From the NCBI GenBank assembly GCA_958296135.2, contig CATQHZ020000001.1:1-64000 (forward strand): a stretch of 64,000 bases of DNA, given 5' to 3'. Below, piece after piece: positions 53,475 to 62,257 of this stretch. The translations under genes and the position numbers were made by a program. The notes beneath the pieces were generated by a model. The model did not search any database, was not told where the DNA came from, and saw nothing but the letters and a program-made list of their open reading frames with translations. The stretch's first letter is position 1; each line of letters starts with the position of its first letter. This DNA comes from an uncultured Poribacteria bacterium. GTDB taxonomy: Bacteria > Poribacteria > WGA-4E > WGA-3G.

Positions 53475-54902
53475 TTAAAGATCGGCGATAGCGACAACCT
53501 CTGCCTTGTCTGTCTTCAGTTCGATTCGGCGAATGGGTTGAGCTGGGGCTAAGCGGAGCACGTATTCATAGTTCGCTTGCACAGCATAATCGTGCTGCGC
53601 TTGAGCATCGCGCGCCATCAGATCTACCTCCACAATCTTGCCGGCGCGCCGCAGTTTTTCAGCGAGACGTTGCGCCTCCGCCGTGAGTTCCGGCGAAGTT
53701 GTCGCGATGAAGTAATCGCGTTTCGCGGAAACCGTGGCGTTCTCCGTTTGGGCAAACGCCGCCATCAGCGAGTCAAATTGAAACGCAAACCCCGCACCGG
53801 GAACCGAAGGCCCGCCGAACGATTCAATGAGGCTGTCGTATCTGCCGCCGCCACAGAGCGGCAACTGCGGTTCCGCCAATTCAATTTGGAAGACATTGCC
53901 GGTGTAGAAATCAAACCCGCGCGTGAGCCCGAGGTCTATCTCAAAATCGGTGATGTCGTGATTGTGAAGTGCATCGCAGAGGGCAATCAATCCCTGTTTC
54001 TCCGTGTCTGCGATGCCCTGGAGATATGTGTCCCACGCCGCGAGGACTGTCTCCTTATCGCCACGAATTTTCGATACGTTGATGCAGTTCTGCCCGACAT
54101 TGGTTGGGAGCAGAAAATCGTGAAACCATTTATACCGGTAAGTGGCACCCGCTGTTTGCGTCAAATTTTGGACCCAGATACGGGTGAGTGACTGTGTAAA
54201 GAGGTCTGGATGTTCCGGCTCCACTTTAAGAATGCCATCATAATCCGGCCCCTGCATCCGCCCTAACGCCTTGTGATGTTCGCGGAGGACTTCCGCACGG
54301 TGCGGCGGACGCTGGATGTCGGCTACAAGTTCGGCGAGTGTCTCCAAATCTAAGATGATTTCCCCGAGGTCCCGCGGATGGAGGCCGACCGGTTTTAAAA
54401 TCTGCCGGAAGATGCCGGGCGCGCCGATTTTCAGTTTCGTATTATGAATGTTCAATTTTTCCAAGATTCGGACAGGAAGTGTGATGATTTCCGCGTCCGC
54501 GAGGGCTGATGCCGGCCCGATGAGCTCCACGCCTGCCTGCCGGAACTCCCGATGTGCCGATGCTGACGCTTGCCGAACGCACTGCCCGATATAGTAGAGT
54601 TTATACGGATAAGGCTGGCATTGCAGTTCGCCGTTCGCGATAAGCCGGCACACGGGTGCAGTCAGTTCCGGGCGCAAGGCGTAATCGACTCTGTCTGAAC
54701 CGACGAACGTAAACATTTTTTGACGGATTTCCTCGCCGGATTGCGCCGATAACAGCGCGAAGGATTCAAACAGCGGTGTCTGCACCTGCGCGTATCCGTA
54801 TGCCTCAAACGTTTCACGAACGACATTTTCAACGAAATTTCGTTGAACCATCTGGTCTGGCAAAAAATCGTTTGTGCCGGCCGGTTTGGTAAATTTTGCC
54901 AT
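53475..54902 (-). CDS. hisZ: ATP phosphoribosyltransferase regulatory subunit (HisS paralog)
   Basis: PAGTND, LRPELTAP, REFRQAGVELIG, GGGRYD; degenerate motif-2 loop; directly upstream of hisG. Confidence 0.75.
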   Translation of the reverse strand: MAKFTKPAGTNDFLPDQMVQRNFVENVVRETFEAYGYAQVQTPLFESFALLSAQSGEEIRQKMFTFVGSDRVDYALRPELTAPVCRLIANGELQCQPYPYKLYYIGQCVRQASASAHREFRQAGVELIGPASALADAEIITLPVRILEKLNIHNTKLKIGAPGIFRQILKPVGLHPRDLGEIILDLETLAELVADIQRPPHRAEVLREHHKALGRMQGPDYDGILKVEPEHPDLFTQSLTRIWVQNLTQTAGATYRYKWFHDFLLPTNVGQNCINVSKIRGDKETVLAAWDTYLQGIADTEKQGLIALCDALHNHDITDFEIDLGLTRGFDFYTGNVFQIELAEPQLPLCGGGRYDSLIESFGGPSVPGAGFAFQFDSLMAAFAQTENATVSAKRDYFIATTSPELTAEAQRLAEKLRRAGKIVEVDLMARDAQAQHDYAVQANYEYVLRLAPAQPIRRIELKTDKAEVVAIADL

Positions 54903-55036
54903 TTTTTGTATGGCCTCCTTAATAGGACTGACGCATATCCTATCTCCCCGTAGGCGCGCTTTCAAAGCGCGCCTACGGGGGTGTTCTGCGTCTGTGTCTT
55001 GCTTACGGGTATCTCCCTACCAGCGGTGTGCCACTT

Positions 55037-55123
55037 AAAAAAATCCCCGGCAAACGGTGCACCTTATCTCTGGCGCGCAGCTATCGCGCTGCACAGAGGA
55101 GAGCGGTTAGTTTGCCGGGGTTT
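55037..55123 (-). terminator. Attenuator terminator of the his operon (long loop)
   Basis: CCCCGGCAAAC pairs with GTTTGCCGGGG, followed by a U run; 54-nt loop. Confidence 0.6.
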
Positions 55124-55184
55124 GCACAAGCTAGGCTTGCGTCGTGTCCACGAAGGTGTTATGCATCATCCTAATCCGCTCTGC

Positions 55185-55232
55185 TCAGGCATGGACCGGA
55201 TGATGATGAGGGGTGAAAAATAGCGTTTGCAT
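55185..55232 (-). CDS. hisL: His leader peptide MQTLFFTPHHHPVHA
   Basis: 15-codon ORF with four CAT codons, between the promoter and the terminator upstream of hisZ. Confidence 0.8.
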   Translation of the reverse strand: MQTLFFTPHHHPVHA

Positions 55233-55267
55233 GATTTTTTTTTTTGCTTCAATAAGCAATTTATTAT

Positions 55268-55296
55268 ATTATACCCTATTTCAGAGCAAATGTCAA
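55268..55296 (-). promoter_or_regulatory. Sigma70-type promoter of the his operon
   Basis: TTGACA-17-TATAAT on the minus strand. Confidence 0.8.
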
Positions 55297-55301
55297 ATTT
55301 T

Positions 55302-55331
55302 TTGACATTTTTCGGGTGAGTGTGGTATACT
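55302..55331 (+). promoter_or_regulatory. Divergent sigma70-type promoter
   Basis: TTGACA-18-TATACT with a TG extension. Confidence 0.6.
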
Positions 55332-55546
55332 ATATGCATCTATAGGGTAAGTGCTCCTGAAAATTCAGAATGAGACCTGGTTATTTTCCAACCTGCCTCC
55401 AGCAGCTAAGAGGGGCCCCTTCTTCCGTAGGGCGATGGTCCGGCGATAGCGAATCGCCGAGGGTTTCCCTCGACTTGCCATGCTCGCGGGGACAGTGGAC
55501 ATCTCTGCAGCGAGGCGGCAGAGAGGACAAAGTTAAAGTAAGGTAG

Positions 55547-55681
55547 CGTGCTTTCGCGAGGCGACACACGCACGTTTGCTGTAGGCGTGACCGTGCTTTC
55601 GCGAGGCGACACACGCGCATTTTCTATAGGCGTGACCGTGCTTTCGCGAGGCGACACACGCACTTTTGCTGTAGGCGTGAC
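55547..55681 (+). repeat. Three tandem 45-bp units containing (G/A)TAG
   Basis: Units start at 55547, 55592 and 55637: cgtgctttcgcgaggcgacacacgc-N-taggcgtgac. Confidence 0.9.
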
Positions 55682-55832
55682 CGTAACGGCTCCCGCGCTA
55701 CGTTTCGGAGAGCGGCATCGTCCTGTCGTCTGCTAAAAAACTTGACATTCTGCGCGAGATGCGCGAGACTATTCTTACATCGCCTGGTGCTGCTTCTGTC
55801 TGGGCGGTGAACTGGAAGGAACTGCAACCTGC

Positions 55833-56369
55833 ATGAAAAAACAACAATCTAACGATACGGCACAGGACAGGGTTCCGTTTCTCGGTGTGAAACGTCGCTG
55901 GGTAGGCTATGCGTTGTTCATCTTCGTCCTCAGTCTGCTTGTCTATGCGGGTTTCTCGACTGCAGAGCAGCTCAGTACCGCTGGTTGGCGTGGTTTCCCA
56001 ACCGTCCGCGCCATCCTACATGATACGTCGCAGTCTCTACCGATGTTGGGTGTTGCGCCTATCGTTATTCTGGTGATATGGGAGTTTCTGATGATTCTGT
56101 ATGAAATTGTGAAAGAGCAGATAGAGGCGCGTCAGCGTTCTCGCATTGCCGCCCATGAGGCGCGCGGCGAGGAGCGGGGTATCAAACTCGGCGAGGAGCG
56201 AGGTATCAAACTCGGCGAGGAGCGTGGTCTTGAACGCGGTCGGGAATTGGAGCGCGATGCTTGGGTTGACTGGTTTGAACGCCGGCAAGCGGCGGCGGCG
56301 GCGGGCGAACCGTTTACCGAGCCGAATCCCGCCGAAAAACAGAACGGCACCTCGCCTCCTGCGCCCTAG
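55833..56369 (+). CDS. Two-TM protein with a GEERGIKL-repeat C-terminal module
   Basis: Two hydrophobic helices; tail motif shared with 47920-48426. Confidence 0.75.
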   Translation: MKKQQSNDTAQDRVPFLGVKRRWVGYALFIFVLSLLVYAGFSTAEQLSTAGWRGFPTVRAILHDTSQSLPMLGVAPIVILVIWEFLMILYEIVKEQIEARQRSRIAAHEARGEERGIKLGEERGIKLGEERGLERGRELERDAWVDWFERRQAAAAAGEPFTEPNPAEKQNGTSPPAP

Positions 56370-56773
56370 CACCAATTCGCCAGGGCTTAGCGGTATTTAG
56401 TTTTCCGCACGATACGTCGCAGTCTCTACCGATGTTGGGTGTTGCGCCTATCGTTATTCTGGTGATATGGGAGTTTCTGATGATTCTGTATGAAATTGTG
56501 AAAGAGCAGATAGAGGCGCGTCAGCGTTCTCGCATTGCCGCCCATGAGGCGCGCGGCGAGGAGCGAGGTATCAAACTCGGCGAGGAGCGTGGTCTTGAAC
56601 GCGGTCGGGAATTGGAGCGCGATGCTTGGGTTGACTGGTTTGAACGCCGGCAAGCGGCGGCGGCGGCAGGTGAACCGTTCACCGAGCCGAATCCCGCCGA
56701 AAAACAGAACGGCACCTCGCCTCCTGCGCCCTAGCACCAATTCGCTAGGGCTTAGCGGTATTTAGTTTTCCGC
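56019..56773 (+). repeat. Tandem duplication of the 3' part of the 55833 gene
   Basis: Unit 1 is 56019-56407 and unit 2 is 56408-56772; unit 2 lacks one 24-nt repeat. Confidence 0.92.
56480..56734 (+). CDS. Stand-alone copy of the C-terminal module (alternative start 56432)
   Basis: GGGAG followed by TTTCTG-ATG; intact frame; substitutions are synonymous. Confidence 0.55.
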   Translation: MILYEIVKEQIEARQRSRIAAHEARGEERGIKLGEERGLERGRELERDAWVDWFERRQAAAAAGEPFTEPNPAEKQNGTSPPAP

Positions 56774-56848
56774 TGTCGAATTTTCTTGACATTTTCCGCA
56801 AAAAGGGTATATTGTCTTAGTAAAGGTAGGAGCGATGGGAGGAAGTCA

Positions 56849-57481
56849 ATGGGATTTCCAGTTTACGATTACCGCACAGATATCCGAAATGTGTTGGTGA
56901 CACCACAGATTCGCTCGCGGTTCTTGAAAATGGAGCCGGGACAAAGCGCGCAGCTTCATAGCCACGACCTCGGGCACGAGATTTTCCTCATTTTGGAGGG
57001 CCGCGTTGAATTTACAATTGACGGCGAGACCGAGGAGCTCGGCCCAGGGCAGATGTGCATGGCTTTGGCAGATCAACCGCACTCGGTGCGCGTCCTCGGC
57101 GACGAACCGATAACGATGTATCTGTCGGTTACGCCGCACATCCATCCGACTCACACGCCGCGTGCAGAGTCCGGTGAACGGCTTCCGCATAATTTCGCGC
57201 CTGCGCGCGCCTACGATGTGGCGCCGGATATGCAGATATCCGTGGCGGAACTCGTCACGCGGCAGGGACATGCGGCGCAATTATTGGCTGAGCTCACCGA
57301 AACGTGCGCGGAAGTTCAGCAAGAAATGGGCGCGCAGCTCACGGAGGCACTCGCGTCAGGAGATACTGCTGCAGCGGAAGCCGCGCGCAAGGCGATGTGG
57401 GAGGCACTTTATCCGGTTTACCGTGCCGTATCCGAATTGGGTGCTGTTTGGAATGTGCTTGCACCGCGCGCGACATGTTAA
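56849..57481 (+). CDS. Cupin-domain protein
   Basis: HSHDLGHEIFLILEG, PH; GGAGG RBS. Confidence 0.85.
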   Translation: MGFPVYDYRTDIRNVLVTPQIRSRFLKMEPGQSAQLHSHDLGHEIFLILEGRVEFTIDGETEELGPGQMCMALADQPHSVRVLGDEPITMYLSVTPHIHPTHTPRAESGERLPHNFAPARAYDVAPDMQISVAELVTRQGHAAQLLAELTETCAEVQQEMGAQLTEALASGDTAAAEAARKAMWEALYPVYRAVSELGAVWNVLAPRATC

Positions 57482-57492
57482 TTGTGCTTTTT

Positions 57493-57744
57493 TTTGTTGC
57501 ATTATCTTTATATTTATGGTATAATTAAAGGGAGCATGAGAATAAGTTGACCTTTATTGCGAACGTCTGGAAAATTATCTCGCGCAAATGCGATTTGTCT
57601 TGACAATTTTCTGGAATTTTTGTTGCATTATCTTTATATTTATGGTATAATTAAAGGGAGCATGAGAATAAGTTGACCTTTATTGCGAACGTCCGGAAAA
57701 TTATCTCGCGCAAATGCGAATTGCCTTGACAATTTTCTGGAATT
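57493..57744 (+). repeat. 126-bp tandem duplication of promoter DNA
   Basis: 57493-57618 and 57619-57744 differ at 3 positions; each contains TTGCAT-17-TATAAT. Confidence 0.92.
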
Positions 57745-57947
57745 AAGGTAAACTTCTATTTGATAAGAAATCGACGTTTGAGAAGTCCGCTGTCGCGCGC
57801 GTAACGGCAACACGCCGGTGGTGAAACGCTCTTGGCTTACGTTATGCCGAAGCCGTGGAGTGCGTCTCTCACACGTGAAATTCGCTCGCGTTGTCCGCAA
57901 GGGCGCGCGAACGCCAAAATGGCAATTACATGAGTAAGGAGTATCTA

Positions 57948-60743
57948 ATGAAAAATCAGCTTTTGACTGGGAAAATCTTGTTTTCCTTATTAGCTGTTGT
58001 GATGTGTTTGGGTTTCACAGCGATGAGTCACGGCCAAGCCGTCGTCTCTGTAGAGCCTGCTGAAGTAGCCTCCCCGGCCGCCGGGGAAGAACTGATGGTG
58101 AGTATTAACATCGCGGGTGCTGCAGATGTCGCCGGTTATCAGATGACGGTGAATTTCGATGCAACGGCCCTCGCAGTCGGTGAGGGTAAAGCGGCTATCG
58201 GAGATTACCTTCCCGCTGGAGCATTTCCTATCGTCACGCCTGGCGAGGGTAGCGTCACAATCGCGGCGACTTCTCTGACAGGCGCGGCCGCGGCTGCCGA
58301 TGGCACACTCGCTACAGTGACGTTTACGGTTGTTGAGGCAAAGGCCTCCGCGATTACATTGACGGATGTCACGCTCTCGAATGCTGCCGCAGACTCGTTG
58401 GCAGTCACATCCATGGATGGCGCGGTGACCGCCGCTGCAGCTGAAGCACCCGCTGAAGGCGAAGAGCCTGCCGAGGGTGAAGAACCCGCTGAGGGCGAGG
58501 AACCTGCTGAGGGCGAGGAACCTGCTGAGGGTGAGGAACCTGCTGAGGGTGAGGAACCTGCTGAGGGCGAGGAACCCGCTGAGGGTGAGGAACCCGCCGA
58601 AGGCGAGGAACCCGCTGAGGGTGAGGAACCTGCTGAAGGCGAGGAACCTGCTGAGGGTGAGGAACCCGCTGAAGGCGAGGAACCTGCTGAGGGTGAAGAA
58701 CCTGCTGAGGGCGAGGAACCTGCTGAGGGTGAGGAACCTGCCGAAGCTGAGATGCCCACCAGCCAAATGTTTGAAGTTACCCTGACGAACCTCACCACGG
58801 GTGAAGCTGGAGCAGGGGGACAAATTCTTTCACCGCCCATATTTGTTGCGCACGCCGCTGGCATTAATCTCGCCCCAGTGGGCGAAGCTGCTAGTGAGGC
58901 AATCGTCGCCCTCGCTGAAGGTGGCGATGTGTCAGGGCTCGCTGCTCTGGCAACAGCCGCGGGGGCATCCTTTGTCGTTGCAGATGGCGCTGTCCCGCCC
59001 GGTGGGAGTGCCACCGCTACGGTAACGGCTGACACAGCCAACTCCTCGCTCTCTGTTGGAGCGATGTTGGTGTCCACGAATGATGGATTCATCGCGCTTA
59101 CCGATTTTGCGCTCTTCGATGCAGATGGCGCGCCCGTAACGATGAGTCTTGACCTCAGTGCTTACGATGCTGGCAGTGAAGAAAATACGGAGATGGGATC
59201 AGACATCCCCGGCCCGATCGGTTTAGATGCCGCGGCAGACCCCGAGGGTAGCAACGCGCGTGTCCCAACTGAAGGCGGCGTTATCGCTGCACACCCAGGC
59301 ATCCAAGGCGGGGCCGAGGTCGGCGAAGCATTCGCATGGACAGAACCCACAGCAATGCTGACGATTACGCCTGTTTCGGCTCCAACGCCGGTGGAACCGA
59401 CAGAACCGACGGAACCGGTGGAACCAACGGAACCAACGGAACCAACGGAACCGGTTGTCGTAGAGCCCACGATGCCTGCAGAATCCGGCTTTGATGTCGC
59501 ACTTGAACCGGGATTGAACATGATTTCTATCCCGTTGATGCCGGAAGAACCTTACACCGCGAAATCGCTCGCGGACATGTTAGGTTCAACGATTGTCATC
59601 AAACTTGATGCTACCACGCAGAGCTTTGTCGGCTACACCGTCGCCGAAGGCGATGACGGGTTTGCCATTGACGGCGGACGCGGTTATATCGTCAATACGC
59701 CGGCTGGTGGTGTCGTGACGTTCACCGGAAGTGCCTGGTCCAACCCGACAACGGAAGAACCGGCTGTGGTGGAACCACCGGCAGATGATGATCCTGTTGT
59801 TGTTGTGGAACCACCGGCAGATGATGATGCCGCTGTTGTGGTGGAACCACCGGCAGATGATCCTGCTGTTGTGGTGGAACCCCCGGCAGATGATGATCCT
59901 GTTGTTGTTGTGGAACCACCGGCTGCCGATGATCCTGTTGTTGTGGTGGAACCACCGGCAGATGATGATCCTGCTGTTGTGGTGGAACCACCGGCAGATG
60001 ATGATGCCGCTGTTGCGGTGGAACCTGCTGCCGAGGAACCTGCTGCTGACGATGCCGCTGTTGCGGCGGAACCTGCTGCCGAGGAACCTGCTGCTGAAGA
60101 GGCTGCACCCGCTGCACCCGCACTCTCCACCTATAAGAGCGCGTGGGCGTTCATCGTCACAAGCGACTTACAGGGCATGGAAGCCGGCGCATCCTACACC
60201 GTCATCGCAGAGAACCTGCGCACCGGTGCTGTCACGAGTCAGCGCGTCAGCAGTGACGTGAAACGCTCCGCTGCTGTTTGGGCAGACATGAATCGTAAGA
60301 GCGTCGTGGAAGCCGGCGACAAAGTCGAAATCACGCTCCATGATGAGCGCGGTGCCGTCGTTTCCGGGCCCTTCCAGCGCACTGTGACAACTACGGATAT
60401 TCGGAATGCGTTCCTGACGCTGCAACTGCGCGTCGGTGATGTGCAACCGAAGGATACCATCCTTGCACAGAACTTCCCGAATCCGTTCAACCCAGAAACT
60501 TGGATCCCCTATCAGTTGAACCAAGCAACTGAAGTCACGATCCACATTTACGACGCAGCCGGCCGTTTAGTCCGGACGCTCAACCTGGGTTGGCAGCCGA
60601 CTGGCTCTTATATGACTGCCTCTAGCGCAGCCTATTGGGATGGCCGAAACGAAGTCGGTGAACGTGTCGCGAGCGGTATCTATTTCTATACCCTCCAGAC
60701 ACAGGATTTCACTGCTACGCGCAAGATGGTCATCCTGAAGTAG
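57948..60743 (+). CDS. Secreted cohesin + spondin_N protein with acidic repeats and a T9SS type-A/FlgD-like C-terminal domain
   Basis: Signal peptide; VAGYQ..V.FD...GTLATVTF cohesin pattern; LSPP..VAH, ALAEGG, MLVSTNDGF, YDAGSE.N.E spondin_N motifs; QNFPNPFNPETWIPYQL...RKMVILK. Confidence 0.88.
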   Translation: MKNQLLTGKILFSLLAVVMCLGFTAMSHGQAVVSVEPAEVASPAAGEELMVSINIAGAADVAGYQMTVNFDATALAVGEGKAAIGDYLPAGAFPIVTPGEGSVTIAATSLTGAAAAADGTLATVTFTVVEAKASAITLTDVTLSNAAADSLAVTSMDGAVTAAAAEAPAEGEEPAEGEEPAEGEEPAEGEEPAEGEEPAEGEEPAEGEEPAEGEEPAEGEEPAEGEEPAEGEEPAEGEEPAEGEEPAEGEEPAEGEEPAEGEEPAEAEMPTSQMFEVTLTNLTTGEAGAGGQILSPPIFVAHAAGINLAPVGEAASEAIVALAEGGDVSGLAALATAAGASFVVADGAVPPGGSATATVTADTANSSLSVGAMLVSTNDGFIALTDFALFDADGAPVTMSLDLSAYDAGSEENTEMGSDIPGPIGLDAAADPEGSNARVPTEGGVIAAHPGIQGGAEVGEAFAWTEPTAMLTITPVSAPTPVEPTEPTEPVEPTEPTEPTEPVVVEPTMPAESGFDVALEPGLNMISIPLMPEEPYTAKSLADMLGSTIVIKLDATTQSFVGYTVAEGDDGFAIDGGRGYIVNTPAGGVVTFTGSAWSNPTTEEPAVVEPPADDDPVVVVEPPADDDAAVVVEPPADDPAVVVEPPADDDPVVVVEPPAADDPVVVVEPPADDDPAVVVEPPADDDAAVAVEPAAEEPAADDAAVAAEPAAEEPAAEEAAPAAPALSTYKSAWAFIVTSDLQGMEAGASYTVIAENLRTGAVTSQRVSSDVKRSAAVWADMNRKSVVEAGDKVEITLHDERGAVVSGPFQRTVTTTDIRNAFLTLQLRVGDVQPKDTILAQNFPNPFNPETWIPYQLNQATEVTIHIYDAAGRLVRTLNLGWQPTGSYMTASSAAYWDGRNEVGERVASGIYFYTLQTQDFTATRKMVILK
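58452..58739 (+). repeat. 16 x 18-bp coding repeat (AEGEEP)
   Basis: 288 bp with synonymous variation between units. Confidence 0.95.
59755..60110 (+). repeat. Coding repeats VVVEPPADDD and EPAAEEPAA
   Basis: Visible at both DNA and protein level. Confidence 0.9.
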
Positions 60744-60796
60744 TTCTCGTCGTCGGGGCGGTATTGCCGTTTCTAGCCGCCCCACCGACAAGAAGC

Positions 60797-60845
60797 CAAA
60801 AACGCCCCGCCGCAACGGTTTATCAACCGGCCGGGGCGTTTTTTT
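60797..60845 (+). terminator. Intrinsic terminator after the cohesin gene
   Basis: aaaacgcccc...ggggcgtttt stem followed by a T run. Confidence 0.6.
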
Positions 60846-60965
60846 AAGACAGATTTTTGTTGTTCGCCAGACGTTTGATAACGTCTCTTGTGCAATAACC
60901 GTTTGCAAATAAAATACACATTTCCATTGCGGTTTCTTTGAAACTGCAATGTTGATAGGAGAATC

Positions 60966-62060
60966 TTGATGACGTTAAAACATATCGTCCCTCTTTGCGC
61001 TATCCTCGCCCTCATTTTCGTAGGAGCGACCGGGAGCGTATTCGCTTTCTCTTTCGGCCCGTTAGATGAGAAAACGGGTGCCCCGAATGAAGGCACTTGC
61101 GCAGAATGCCATGTCGGCAATGACTTGGACTCCCCAGACGGGTCACTGACACTGGTTGACATCCCGGGAACTTATATGCCTAGTGAAGTGTATGAGATTG
61201 TCGTGGAGTTGGCACACGCTAATCAAAGCCGTTGGGGATTTGAAATGACGGCTCTCGATGCAGATGGCGCGAAAGCCGGCACCTTTGAACTCGTAGATGA
61301 AGCAAATACGCAGTTATCCACAGCAAATGACAAACAATACGTCAAGCACACAGCCGCTGGAACCGCGCAGGCGAAGTGGACTATTCAATGGACTGCCCCG
61401 GATACCGACATCGGGTCCATTACGTTCTACGCCGCAGGAAACGCCGCCGATGGCAAAGATGGAGCGGCGGGAGATTATATCCACACCACATCGGCTGAAT
61501 CAACGCCGCCTATCCCCACCGTCGCAGGCGTTTCATTAGAAGCCGACAGCATGGCGCAGTCAACGATGGATGCCACCGCAGGCGTAACGTATACTCTCAC
61601 CGTCACAAATACCGGGAATATGGCAGATACGTTAACGCTTGAAGTTTCGCCAGAAGTCGGCGTTGATGGCAGTGTCCTCGGCAAACTCAGCCAGGCATCC
61701 GTTGAACTTGATGCCGATGCAACCGCAGATGTCACATTGACAGTCGCTGGCGATGAGTTGACAGCCCCGGGCGATTATGAAGTCACCGTAACAGTAACTT
61801 CGGGCACTGATGATACGAAGACAGCGGATGTCGTAACGACAACAACGATAGAGATGCCGCCGATGCCTGAGTTCCCCGCTTGGGATCTCAATGAGGATGG
61901 CATCGTCAATATCCAAGATCTTGTCCTCGTCGCGGGCCAATTTGGGCAATCTGGGGCAGACCTGGCTGGCGATGTGAACGGCGATGGCACGGTGAATGTG
62001 TTGGATCTCGTCACAGTCTCTTCACATTTCGGAGAAGAGACAGCTGCACAAGCCCAGTAA
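60966..62060 (+). CDS. Secreted reeler-like (choice-of-anchor V) + Ig-like + type I dockerin protein
   Basis: TGAPNEGTCAECH, GFEMTA, W...WTAP, FYAAGNAADG; DLNEDGIVNIQDLV and GDVNGDGTVNVLDLV. Confidence 0.82.
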   Translation: MMTLKHIVPLCAILALIFVGATGSVFAFSFGPLDEKTGAPNEGTCAECHVGNDLDSPDGSLTLVDIPGTYMPSEVYEIVVELAHANQSRWGFEMTALDADGAKAGTFELVDEANTQLSTANDKQYVKHTAAGTAQAKWTIQWTAPDTDIGSITFYAAGNAADGKDGAAGDYIHTTSAESTPPIPTVAGVSLEADSMAQSTMDATAGVTYTLTVTNTGNMADTLTLEVSPEVGVDGSVLGKLSQASVELDADATADVTLTVAGDELTAPGDYEVTVTVTSGTDDTKTADVVTTTTIEMPPMPEFPAWDLNEDGIVNIQDLVLVAGQFGQSGADLAGDVNGDGTVNVLDLVTVSSHFGEETAAQAQ

Positions 62061-62257
62061 TCCCAAATCAAATGCGGCAGGATCGGATGAAGTTTCTGAG
62101 GCTATAACCGCTTTGGAAGGGAGCGCGATGGTCTGTCCCCGCGAACGTGACACGGCGAGGGACAGGCCCTCGCCCTACGGGAAGGGGAGGCGGCATTAAA
62201 CATAGCCCGATTTCGTTCTTAACCTTCGGATGATCTTGCGCTACAATAGGAGCGAAC

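Noticed and set aside
55547-55681. Possible CRISPR array
   Set aside because: The variable part is ~10 nt and similar between units, there are only three units, and no cas genes are present.
57990-60261. Alternative-frame and antisense repeat ORFs (RNLL, SAGSSP, QQQDHH, WWNHRQ)
   Set aside because: They are shadows of the coding tandem repeats in 57948-60743.
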